IMG/VR virus record: IMGVR_UViG_3300050343_000199
Location: 32,001-96,000 of that record
Reading direction: 5' to 3' (one strand)
DNA length: 64,000 nt
Source: a virus
In this document: in pieces, positions 1 through 9,175 of the stretch
Layout of the letters: each line of letters begins with the position of its first letter
Numbering within the stretch: the first letter of the stretch is position 1
Notes under the pieces: model-generated
Databases searched by the model: none
Told to the model about the DNA's origin: nothing
Seen by the model: only the letters and a program-made list of their open reading frames with translations
Translations under genes and position numbers: made by a program

Positions 1-14
1 ATTTGTTGCATCAT
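1..14 (-). CDS. 5' fragment of next gene (MMQQ...), probable paralog of the Gly-rich protein at 27..854; runs off window
   Basis: Bases 1-14 (atttgttgcatcat) are identical to 841-854, the start of the 275-aa gene; begins 12 nt after its stop. Confidence 0.55.
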
Positions 15-26
15 GTTAATATTCCT

Positions 27-854
27 TTATTCGTATATTAAAACTACTAATCCATCTTGACCTGCAGCACCATAACCATCAATATAATCCGGATCAGTTG
101 AATCTGCTGCAATTGCCGATCCTCTTCCACCTTGACTAGAAATACTATTAGACCAAGAACCAATAATTATTCCAGATCCTCCACCAGCACCTCCGCCACT
201 AGCAGTACCAGTATCATATCCACCTCCGCCACCACCACCATAGTATCCAGCACCTCCACCGCCACCACGGTTTCCTGTAGATATACCAGAACCACCAGCA
301 TATCCACCATTAACTAAACTAGAACCATTATTCCAAGATGTTCCACTACCACCACTTACTCCTGATGGTGCAGATCCTCCGCTTCCTGCGCTTCCTCCAC
401 CACTTTGCGATGCACCACCACCATAATTTGGACCATCGCCAGATTGTCCAGAACCATTGCCGCCACCGCCACCGCCGTTACCTTTCTGACCAGATCCACC
501 GCCACCACCAGCAATCAATACAAATGATCCGTATATAGCAGATGATAATCCGCCACCTCTCCCTGATCCATAACCAGATAAATCATGTGGTTGTGTTGCA
601 GATCCATCATTTGACCCACCGACATGTATAGTAATAGTACTGCCACCTGTTACGGGTATTGTTCCCTCAACGTGACCACCAGCACCGCCAAGAACAGCAA
701 GATTTTCTCCAGTACCTGCTCCACCGGCACCCCATACTTTTATGGTAACTACAGTTGCTGATTGAGGAACAGTTTCAGTAAAAGTTCCTTTAGTTGAATA
801 TATTTCATTGGAACCTTGGTAGTTACCATATCCAACCATCATTTGTTGCATCAT
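27..854 (-). CDS. Glycine-rich (polyglycine-II-type) virion protein, probable fibre-tip adhesin
   Basis: 275 aa; beta-sandwich-like ends (VVTIKVWGAGGAG ... GQDGLVVLIYE) enclosing many GGxGGG runs; directly downstream of a fibre gene. Confidence 0.7.
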   Translation of the reverse strand: MMQQMMVGYGNYQGSNEIYSTKGTFTETVPQSATVVTIKVWGAGGAGTGENLAVLGGAGGHVEGTIPVTGGSTITIHVGGSNDGSATQPHDLSGYGSGRGGGLSSAIYGSFVLIAGGGGGSGQKGNGGGGGGNGSGQSGDGPNYGGGASQSGGGSAGSGGSAPSGVSGGSGTSWNNGSSLVNGGYAGGSGISTGNRGGGGGAGYYGGGGGGGYDTGTASGGGAGGGSGIIIGSWSNSISSQGGRGSAIAADSTDPDYIDGYGAAGQDGLVVLIYE

Positions 855-855
855 A

Positions 856-2670
856 TTAACTTAATCCAGAACCCGAAATATATGCAGTATTAGCAGCAGT
901 AAAAACAAAAGTGCATGCTCCACGTTGAGCTAAAATTCTAGTACCATTAGTACCATCAGCAGTATTATATAAAGTAAGTCCGGAACCTTCTATAATGTTT
1001 ATATCACTAGTAGTTTGATTTACTATAGTAACCATATCACCAGCAGTAAATCCAGTAGGAACAGTTATACTTTGTGATGCAGCAGACTGAACTATCATTT
1101 TACCAGCATCACCAGTAACCAATGTATAAGCACCACTCTTAACTTCAACGCCAAGTCTTCTTAGTGGACCTATTGAATCACTTATAGATCCTACTGACAA
1201 TGTATTAGTAGTAGTAGCACCTCTACCAGTTACACTATCAAGAGTGTCAATTTCATTGGCAGTATTTCTAGCACGAACAGTAATTGTTCCGACCATACCA
1301 GAGTGATTACCACATTGATAAACATAAGATCCAACAGATCCTCCATTACTTATCTGTGGTGTCCAAGATACTTGCCCTGATGTAGCACCTTGATTAGAAA
1401 CCGTTGGGTTGCTAACAGAAGTGCCACCAGAAGTATCTCTTATATAAAATGGATGATTTGTCCCACTACTTATAACAAATTGAATAGTATCTCCTTCATT
1501 GATAGTAATAGGTGCATCATCACCAGAAACGCTACCTAATCTATCATTACCATTTAAATTATATTCTGAGGTGGATGGTGCTGTTACTGCTATACTATAA
1601 ATCTGACCTGTAGATCCACTTGATTGATCAACCCATTGTACATTTCCTGCACCATCACTAGACAATACTTGTTCACTAGTTCCATTGGTAGTTGGATAAG
1701 TTAAACCACCAGCAGTCAGAGAACCAGTGATAGTTACACCAGAAGATGAAAATACTGCTCTATCAGTTAGACCATCCTGACTTGTAATTCTAACCGCAGG
1801 ACCAGAACCAAGAATTAAATTCGCGCTACCACCAGGAGCTCTTATATAAAATGTATCGGTAGAGGATGTATAAGAGATACGACCATCTTGACTTGCACCA
1901 AAATTTAATACTACATCATCAGCAACTTGAATTTGATCATTGAAATCCGTGCTTCCACCAAAAATAAGATTATTATTAGTGCTAGATCCTCTACCAGTTA
2001 CAGTGTCAAGTGTATCTACTTCTGTATATGATGTTAAATACCCAGAATTAGCATGATCACCCCAACCATATGCAGTATCCCAACTAGTTATCTTAGCAGT
2101 AGTAACACCAGCAGCATCACCAAGTGAGGTTAGATATGCTGATAAATCTGGTGGAGTATATGAAAATACTCCATTAGAATTATTGTATGTTAGTGCAGCA
2201 GTACCAACAGAGTTACTAGTAACAGATAAACTTGCTAGTGAAATACCACCACCACCGCCACCTGATCCAGTACCTGCAGGACTAGCATCTACCCATTGGG
2301 TTGAATCTCCATCATTATAATATATTTTTAAATATCCAGTATCGGATTGCCACCAAAGATCTCCATCACTAGGTGATGTAGGTGCAGTATCTGATGCTGT
2401 TACTGAAGCACCACCCCCATTTCCAAGAGAAGTTAAATATCCTGCTTGACTATGATCTCCCCAACTATATGCAGTATTCCAATTAGCAATATTTATTGAA
2501 GTGATACTACCTGCAGTAGAAGAAGTAAATATTGGGTCAGATTCATTTGTACTACTAGAAACTCCAGATCTCCAAGTAAGTCCATCCCATAACCATGTTA
2601 TGTTACCAACAGTGTGTGTATAGCTACCATCTGTTGGTTGCCCTGAGGTTGCGGGAAAATTGATTGCCAT
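856..2670 (-). CDS. Modular tail fibre protein (604 aa) with cupredoxin-like module
   Basis: Start reassigned to MAINFP (2670) because a late promoter lies at 2693-2700 and the paralog at 6510 starts identically; WDTAYGWGDH, GDLWWxSDTG, TLDTVTGRG fibre repeats; HPFYI...YQCGNHSGM. Confidence 0.8.
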   Translation of the reverse strand: MAINFPATSGQPTDGSYTHTVGNITWLWDGLTWRSGVSSSTNESDPIFTSSTAGSITSINIANWNTAYSWGDHSQAGYLTSLGNGGGASVTASDTAPTSPSDGDLWWQSDTGYLKIYYNDGDSTQWVDASPAGTGSGGGGGGISLASLSVTSNSVGTAALTYNNSNGVFSYTPPDLSAYLTSLGDAAGVTTAKITSWDTAYGWGDHANSGYLTSYTEVDTLDTVTGRGSSTNNNLIFGGSTDFNDQIQVADDVVLNFGASQDGRISYTSSTDTFYIRAPGGSANLILGSGPAVRITSQDGLTDRAVFSSSGVTITGSLTAGGLTYPTTNGTSEQVLSSDGAGNVQWVDQSSGSTGQIYSIAVTAPSTSEYNLNGNDRLGSVSGDDAPITINEGDTIQFVISSGTNHPFYIRDTSGGTSVSNPTVSNQGATSGQVSWTPQISNGGSVGSYVYQCGNHSGMVGTITVRARNTANEIDTLDSVTGRGATTTNTLSVGSISDSIGPLRRLGVEVKSGAYTLVTGDAGKMIVQSAASQSITVPTGFTAGDMVTIVNQTTSDINIIEGSGLTLYNTADGTNGTRILAQRGACTFVFTAANTAYISGSGLS

Positions 2671-2692
2671 TTCTAAAATGCTCCTTCCGTGA

Positions 2693-2700
2693 TATTTATT
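2693..2700 (-). promoter_or_regulatory. T4-type late promoter AATAAATA
   Basis: NATAAATA in intergenic gap 22 nt upstream of ATG 2670. Confidence 0.75.
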
Positions 2701-2711
2701 ATTGTTGATCC

Positions 2712-4253
2712 TTATTTGTGTGTCACGTATGGACCATATGTCCACTCAGCAGGTTTAGATGCTACACCAATTCTAATTTCAATTACACCTTGTGGTGCGG
2801 GGGAACTCTTTTCAGTTCCAGGTGGCATATAAAGATGTCCATTTGGAGCAGGAATTAAACTACGACCATAATCAGTTCCAGGTCCAGTCGCATCATTCCA
2901 ACCCGGCATATCAATTAATTCGTAACCATGTTCTGCAGGACAAGCTGCTGCAGCTGCAGTATTACTTTCTCCAAATCCAGTGTAAATTTTGAGTAGTTTA
3001 TTATTATTACCGGGAGCAGCATAAATGTTACCATCTGCTCCAATTACACAACCTACATGTCTATGATCTGTACCGTGAGTTTGATTATTAACATCAACTG
3101 TACCAATCGCTGCATTAGTTTTATCTGTATTTGATAAATTAGCAAGTACAGTTCTACCAGTTAATTGATGGAAAGTATTTGCAATAGGATCATACTTCAT
3201 AATCCATGGATATTCATCGGGTAAAATATAAATCATACCATCAGGACCCATCTCACATGCTTGTGTGAGATTAGTCATAGTAAGTGAATTCATCAAGAAC
3301 CAACTATCAGCTGAAGTTGAAGATCCGTTATCCGCATATGCTTTATGTGTGAAGTTTACAGTATCTGCAACTGGATCAATAACACCAATATACCTATGGT
3401 AGTTACCAATCATATAAATTTTTCCATCTGGTCCTAGACAAGCATCGCTGAATTTATGGCGACCAGTTCCATTGGTAGAATTCCATGGATATGAACCACC
3501 AGTATCATCAACCAAATTACCAATGTTACCAGTCGTTGCGCCAACTTGAATAGCTTCATACGTTACTGGATTGTATTTTATAACACAATCGTGGAAATCT
3601 GGAACCATATAAATGCACCCATTATTGGGAGCTACAATTCCAGTGCAGAACATAAACCCTGCTTTGGAGTTCAAACTATACGACCCTGGAGAGGAGAATA
3701 GATTATCACCAATAGTGTTCTCTGCTGTTACACTACCAAGTACTCTAGGTCCACCGGGATATGGTTGCCAGTTGGTATGGTTCAGAGGATCGTAGTGATA
3801 TAAATCGTCTCCTCTAGCAGGAACATTAACTACAGTACCATTTGGAGTTGCGACCATTGCTGAAGTTTTACTAGATGCCATATCCTGACCAGCACTGGAG
3901 TGGATATATGACTTTCTGGTATTAGGATCAATCATTAATGTAAATACTGCTCCCTGTCTTCCGCAATAAATTTTACCATTGTTAGTGACAGTACCACCTT
4001 TCCATCCATACTCATCACGATATGGTCCTCTAGTATAAGTTTCATATCCAGTTATAGCACCAGTATTAGCATCAATAATTGGTGTATTCTGAATAGGAAT
4101 TTCAGACCAAGACCCTAAAGCACTAGGAACAACGGATGGGAATGAATTATTACCAACAAAATCATCCTTATTCATATGGTATTGGTGACTGCCACCTTGC
4201 CAAGCATAAGCATAATAATGCTCGGTTCCTACTTTTTGCCTTGCGTTAGTCAT
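2712..4253 (-). CDS. Seven-bladed beta-propeller protein (Vgb/streptogramin-lyase-like repeats), probably virion-associated
   Basis: 513 aa; seven repeats of the form hhxGPDGKIYhhP (TVTNNGKIYC, VATPNGTVVNVP, VAPNNGCIYMVP, CLGPDGKIYMIG, EMGPDGMIYILP, VIGADGNIYAAP, IPAPNGHLYMPP). Confidence 0.7.
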   Translation of the reverse strand: MTNARQKVGTEHYYAYAWQGGSHQYHMNKDDFVGNNSFPSVVPSALGSWSEIPIQNTPIIDANTGAITGYETYTRGPYRDEYGWKGGTVTNNGKIYCGRQGAVFTLMIDPNTRKSYIHSSAGQDMASSKTSAMVATPNGTVVNVPARGDDLYHYDPLNHTNWQPYPGGPRVLGSVTAENTIGDNLFSSPGSYSLNSKAGFMFCTGIVAPNNGCIYMVPDFHDCVIKYNPVTYEAIQVGATTGNIGNLVDDTGGSYPWNSTNGTGRHKFSDACLGPDGKIYMIGNYHRYIGVIDPVADTVNFTHKAYADNGSSTSADSWFLMNSLTMTNLTQACEMGPDGMIYILPDEYPWIMKYDPIANTFHQLTGRTVLANLSNTDKTNAAIGTVDVNNQTHGTDHRHVGCVIGADGNIYAAPGNNNKLLKIYTGFGESNTAAAAACPAEHGYELIDMPGWNDATGPGTDYGRSLIPAPNGHLYMPPGTEKSSPAPQGVIEIRIGVASKPAEWTYGPYVTHK

Positions 4254-4272
4254 TAAAACAGTGCTTTTTCAT

Positions 4273-4280
4273 TATTTATG
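4273..4280 (-). promoter_or_regulatory. T4-type late promoter CATAAATA
   Basis: Overlaps stop of upstream gene, 19 nt before ATG 4253. Confidence 0.7.
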
Positions 4281-6510
4281 AAAGAATTCTCCAACCATAG
4301 AATGCTCCACAGAAAACAAGTTTAATTGATTGCCCATTTTTATTAACAACAAAAGGCATTCCATGCATATCTTCACCCCAATATTTACCAGTTGTATTGG
4401 TTGTTGGTAACCAATACACACTAGATCCATTTTGATCTCCAGTCCATGGAGCAGGTCCAGTTTGTTGAATTCCTTGTTCAAGGGAGGGGTAGATTACAAT
4501 CGGACAATTTGTAGCATTACCAGGATTATAATCATATGATGGATACCCAGGACTAAATGCATTCGGGAAAGTACCATCATCATTTCTATTAAGTTTTCCA
4601 GTACCAACATCCAGTATCGTAATAGTATCTCCTTCTCTGCACATATAATGGATTGGAAGAACAAGAGATCTAGGAATTAATGTGTTAACTGCGATAATAC
4701 TATTCAAGTGCTCGGCACCTAATTGTAGGTTTACACTGGCGTCGTGTTTATATAATGTTTTTCCAGCACCACCAATTCCAACCTTAGATGATTTATAAAC
4801 CATCATACCATTAGATCCACCAAAGGAAGCAATGACATAGTACAATCTTCCTGTAGCACCACTAGCGGTGACCGTTTTAAATACTAAATTCTCTAATTGT
4901 AATCCTGTTCCCGACGTATACGGTTTAACTACAATTTCTTGAATATCGTTTGTTAGAGTTGTAGTAGTTACGTAATTTCCACCATTATATCCAGGTTGCA
5001 CATTTCCATCATATCCAATAGTCAATTCATTAAAATAGTCAACATTTAGTGGATTTGTAAAAGTTAATTCAATAACTCCATTATCAATAGAACTAGCAAC
5101 ATTCAACCAAGTATCAAACCTTGCATCAAATGCCAATGATACTGGATCTGGATGATCTGGGGGATTTGCAATTGGAGGGAGATTACCTGCAGTGTCAGAA
5201 TATGCAGGCATATACTGAGGTAAATTATTCCGTGCAATATTGTGTCCGACGATGGAACTCCCGTCCCCCCAATTCAGAGGATCATCTCCAGTATCTCCAT
5301 AAGACCATTCACCTCCAATATTTGAATTTGTTACGTCAATAGTTGGTTCAGCATTTATCGGATCTTCCACATAAATGACTCCACTCATTTCAGAATGATC
5401 ACCACATTGATAATAATAAGTACCAGTAGCTGCTGGTGTCCAAGAAATACTAGCAGTTCCCTCTCCTGTAGCTGCTGGATTGCTTACACTTGCACCTCCA
5501 TCACTAACTCTGATGTATAAAGGATGAGATCCACTTAGAGCAGAAGTATCAAATGTAACTGTGTCTCCAGTATACATTTTAACGGGAACATCATTTCCAC
5601 CTACTTGGCCATATCTATCATTACCAGATAAAGTATAGTATTTGCTATATGTGGTATTAGTAGCACTAGGTACAGTAATATCAAATGTTTCTGGTGATAC
5701 TAAGACACTACTAGTACTGCTACCTCCGCCAGTTTGATCTGCTACCCAAGCATAATCAGTTCCATTCCAACTTAAGATTTCTCCGGAAGATGCACCACTA
5801 GTATTCAAATGTACATCAACACCAGCGTTGATAGTGGACTGTAGTCCACCAATAGATGCTCCACTAAAACTAATGGTACTATTTTGAAAGTCAATAGAAG
5901 TTCCTGCTGCAGTAATACTACCACCAACATCAAGACTCAAACTTTCAGCAGCAATCCTACCAGTAACATTAACACCCTGTGCGGAAGTTTCTAATCTTTT
6001 TCCGTTAGATCCATAATGCAACTCAACTGCGCCGCCATTGAGAATTGATATTCCGCCACTAGCACCACTACCTTTTAGATAAACATCATATGATGCAATA
6101 GTACTAGTATTGGGTTTAATAGTTAAACTTCCTGTTGTACCACTTACATTCCAGTCAAAGAAAACATCAGGATGTCCAGATGCATGTCCAGTTCCAAGTC
6201 CTAATCCTGTGTCATCTTTTAGTACAAGATAGTTTGTTTGAGAACCTGGATATCCAGACACACTAGCGTTGTATACAATGCCGTCGTTTGGAGTCCAATT
6301 GGTTCCATCATACGCAAAAAATTCACCAGTTGCTAAACCAGTTGTATCTACATTTCCGATCTCATTAATATCAGTTATACCACCACCGCCTTGGCCACTA
6401 ACAGAAGCATTCCAACTAACTCCGTTCCATTTATAAGTAACGTAACCAACTACGTGGGTAAAAGAACCATCAGTTGCTTGTCCCGTAGTTGATGGGAAAT
6501 TGATTGCCAT
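4276..6510 (-). CDS. Modular tail fibre protein (744 aa) with cupredoxin-like module and gp9/10-like C-terminal domain
   Basis: MAINFP N-terminus shared with 856..2670; HPLYI...YYYQCGDHSEM; C-terminal LVLP..EGDTITILD...SIKLVF..GW pattern. Confidence 0.75.
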   Translation of the reverse strand: MAINFPSTTGQATDGSFTHVVGYVTYKWNGVSWNASVSGQGGGGITDINEIGNVDTTGLATGEFFAYDGTNWTPNDGIVYNASVSGYPGSQTNYLVLKDDTGLGLGTGHASGHPDVFFDWNVSGTTGSLTIKPNTSTIASYDVYLKGSGASGGISILNGGAVELHYGSNGKRLETSAQGVNVTGRIAAESLSLDVGGSITAAGTSIDFQNSTISFSGASIGGLQSTINAGVDVHLNTSGASSGEILSWNGTDYAWVADQTGGGSSTSSVLVSPETFDITVPSATNTTYSKYYTLSGNDRYGQVGGNDVPVKMYTGDTVTFDTSALSGSHPLYIRVSDGGASVSNPAATGEGTASISWTPAATGTYYYQCGDHSEMSGVIYVEDPINAEPTIDVTNSNIGGEWSYGDTGDDPLNWGDGSSIVGHNIARNNLPQYMPAYSDTAGNLPPIANPPDHPDPVSLAFDARFDTWLNVASSIDNGVIELTFTNPLNVDYFNELTIGYDGNVQPGYNGGNYVTTTTLTNDIQEIVVKPYTSGTGLQLENLVFKTVTASGATGRLYYVIASFGGSNGMMVYKSSKVGIGGAGKTLYKHDASVNLQLGAEHLNSIIAVNTLIPRSLVLPIHYMCREGDTITILDVGTGKLNRNDDGTFPNAFSPGYPSYDYNPGNATNCPIVIYPSLEQGIQQTGPAPWTGDQNGSSVYWLPTTNTTGKYWGEDMHGMPFVVNKNGQSIKLVFCGAFYGWRILS

Positions 6511-6535
6511 TTCTAAACCAGACTATCTGCTAATC

Positions 6536-6802
6536 TTATTTATTATAATATCCACGTGGATACTGTAATCCTTTATGTGGTCTTCTTCCTCTCAAGAAAC
6601 CATGTTCAACAGAATGATCTCCTGTAGCACCATCAGAAAGATTAGTGATTAAATGATTTAGGGGGTTAGTTGCTGTACTTTGAGATCTGGAAGTTCCCGA
6701 AAATACTGTAGGTACAACATCAGTATTTGTATTTGCAATTAATTGTACAGTTGAAAATCCAGATACCACACTAGTTAGATTTGAAAAAGTAAAATCTGCC
6801 AT
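6536..6802 (-). CDS. Conserved cyanomyovirus hypothetical (probable virion) protein
   Basis: 88 aa; C-terminal GFLRGRRPxxGxxYPRGYYNK motif typical of cyanophage structural blocks; stop/start coupled to upstream gene. Confidence 0.75.
   Translation of the reverse strand: MADFTFSNLTSVVSGFSTVQLIANTNTDVVPTVFSGTSRSQSTATNPLNHLITNLSDGATGDHSVEHGFLRGRRPHKGLQYPRGYYNK
6537..6544 (-). promoter_or_regulatory. T4-type late promoter AATAAATA
   Basis: 26 nt upstream of ATG 6510, overlapping stop of the 88-aa gene. Confidence 0.7.
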
Positions 6803-9171
6803 CAGGTAGTCCTCGCTAGGAATAGCATACCTTCACTAGAATTATTAGTCACTCCATCTAAACCAGTTTGTTGCGCTGCATATGATGCTTGGATAACCTC
6901 ATAAATTTCAGATCCACTTACTGTAACTGTATCACCTGGTCTGAATTCTGTTAGTCCTGGAGTTGTTGCTACTTGTAGCAACACAAAATCATCTGGTAGA
7001 TAATATGGGCAAGGAATCATTCTTTGTGAAATTGGAATAGTTTTGATAGGCTTGTAGTAATCTGCACTAGCATCCATACTCACATTACCGTACTTATCGT
7101 ATGTACTATTTCTGTAATAGATAGCTGTTGAATTATTCGTGCCCTCTTTAATATTATTATAATAGTCGTCATACACGTAGTGGTTATAACTGCCATCCCC
7201 TCTCATATATCCATAATAAGCATTTCTTGCCTGACTATACGAGGTCACAGGTTCATTAGATGTAGCACGATATGATGAATATCCACTGGTATAACCAGGC
7301 ATGTATGTCGTTACTCTCAATCCTTGAGTAACATTAGTCAAATACGAAGTATATGCTCCCAAGAATACCTCATCTAAATCAAATACATTATTACCATATC
7401 CATCACCTACATGAAAATTAAATACAGCAAAAGGTTCAGTTTTTTCATTGATTGTTTGAGTGAATTGAATAACTGCAAAATTTGTATCTTGCGGTGCTTG
7501 AGCTCTAAAGGTTTTAATCTGCATTGGATATGCAGTTGGAGTTGAAGATGTGCTTACAGTCAAAAAATCTACACTAGTAGTGATATTAATATCTTGTCTA
7601 TCTAATCCCATGTAACCAGTGAACGCTCCCCAATCATTTGTAACAGTAATACTAGTTGAAGATGATCCTCTGTGGTTTAAAAATTCCCATCCATTGCCAC
7701 ATTGTATTTTTAAAGTCCAAGCAGTGCTGGCACTACCCTCTAGGAATAACGAGTAAAATGTATTTCCATATTTTTTAGTGGCGTCGTTTTCTACATTAAG
7801 AACAGCAAAAGCACCTACACCAGATTTTTGGTAGAAATTAGATCCACCACCTAACGTAGTTACCTTGATACTAGCAATGCCATCATATGCATTATTAGAT
7901 GTTTCTGGGGTAGTAACACCAAATCTAATATCACCAGTTGTGGCAGTACCACCAACTAGTTCTCCTGGAATTGTAAATACTTCATCATCAGTCCACCCAG
8001 ATCCAAGACTGTGGATGGTGATATTTTTTAAATGATTATCATTGTAAGCTCCTCTCCAAACTCTCAACTTAAGTTCAGATCTTCCTCCAGATGCAGGTAC
8101 AGTATATTTGTAATACGGATCTGAATTTACTTGAGATGGAAGAGATGCATTTACATTACCAGGAAGAAGATTGATTACTCCTTTTGCAGTTGCAGTAGTT
8201 TCACTACAATAGATATACTTTCTAATACCATCTTCTCCAGGTCTTCCTACAAATGATGGATTGAGAAGGGATGCAGGATAAAAAGGTTCTGATTCTGATT
8301 GTGGATATGACTGAGTGTACCAAGTTAAATTAGCACCAGGAACACAACTAACATTAATAGTATTATTTCTGTAAGATATAGAAGTCTCATTATCGGGAGT
8401 ACTTCCATATGTCGCATCATTATAAACAATCCTTTGATCATTATCAAATGAATCTACATCTCTACATACAGTAATATTTGTTGCATTTCCAGAAACATTT
8501 TCAAATTCAATATTATCACCATAGTAAATATCAATAGTCGGATTGATATAATCGGATGCCTGTTGTGCTTCTTGCTGCCAAACTACAGGAAACTGGGAAT
8601 TAGATGTTGAATGACCATCAATATCAATTGCGATACCGTTAGTTGCATTAGATGCTGATGTTGCAACTTTAAATCTATCTCTACTAACGTTAATTATATA
8701 AACTAAAGTATCAGGTGCTAAATTAGTTCCTAATGTATATTGTGCATCAGTTTCTCCCGGAAGATATCGGACAGGATCACCTGTTTTTAAACCATGACGA
8801 GCATAAATGAGCTCATCAGTGGTTAGATCAGCCATATTAGCATAGTATGGTGCATAAGTATTAATGCCAAGTTTTTTTTCAACTTTATAGTCTGTACCAA
8901 CTTCAGTAACTTTATAACTTTGAGTTTGAATACTTCCCCAGCTAATCTCACCTTGATCTGCATTATTAGCATCTCTAAGAGATGCTAAATTTCCACGTAG
9001 AGTTGTACTATTTCCATCTGGAGCCACACAAATTTGAGGAACGCCAGTTACAGTTGATCCTGCATTCAATCCTAGATTACCCAATGCAGTTTCAAGAGCA
9101 TCCATTAAATTTTGTTTTGTCCATCCAGAGTTGCCATTGTTGACATCAACAACTGATTTTAAAACTGACAT
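6802..9171 (-). CDS. Virion structural protein (789 aa)
   Basis: N-terminus VDVNNGNSGWTKQNLMDALETAL recognised from cyanomyovirus structural proteins; position in late block. Confidence 0.7.
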   Translation of the reverse strand: MSVLKSVVDVNNGNSGWTKQNLMDALETALGNLGLNAGSTVTGVPQICVAPDGNSTTLRGNLASLRDANNADQGEISWGSIQTQSYKVTEVGTDYKVEKKLGINTYAPYYANMADLTTDELIYARHGLKTGDPVRYLPGETDAQYTLGTNLAPDTLVYIINVSRDRFKVATSASNATNGIAIDIDGHSTSNSQFPVVWQQEAQQASDYINPTIDIYYGDNIEFENVSGNATNITVCRDVDSFDNDQRIVYNDATYGSTPDNETSISYRNNTINVSCVPGANLTWYTQSYPQSESEPFYPASLLNPSFVGRPGEDGIRKYIYCSETTATAKGVINLLPGNVNASLPSQVNSDPYYKYTVPASGGRSELKLRVWRGAYNDNHLKNITIHSLGSGWTDDEVFTIPGELVGGTATTGDIRFGVTTPETSNNAYDGIASIKVTTLGGGSNFYQKSGVGAFAVLNVENDATKKYGNTFYSLFLEGSASTAWTLKIQCGNGWEFLNHRGSSSTSITVTNDWGAFTGYMGLDRQDINITTSVDFLTVSTSSTPTAYPMQIKTFRAQAPQDTNFAVIQFTQTINEKTEPFAVFNFHVGDGYGNNVFDLDEVFLGAYTSYLTNVTQGLRVTTYMPGYTSGYSSYRATSNEPVTSYSQARNAYYGYMRGDGSYNHYVYDDYYNNIKEGTNNSTAIYYRNSTYDKYGNVSMDASADYYKPIKTIPISQRMIPCPYYLPDDFVLLQVATTPGLTEFRPGDTVTVSGSEIYEVIQASYAAQQTGLDGVTNNSSEGMLFLARTT

Positions 9172-9175
9172 CTAA

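Noticed and set aside
2671-2745. Track ORF extension overlapping the propeller gene
   Set aside because: True start is almost certainly MAINFP at 2670 (late promoter in the extension; paralog starts identically).
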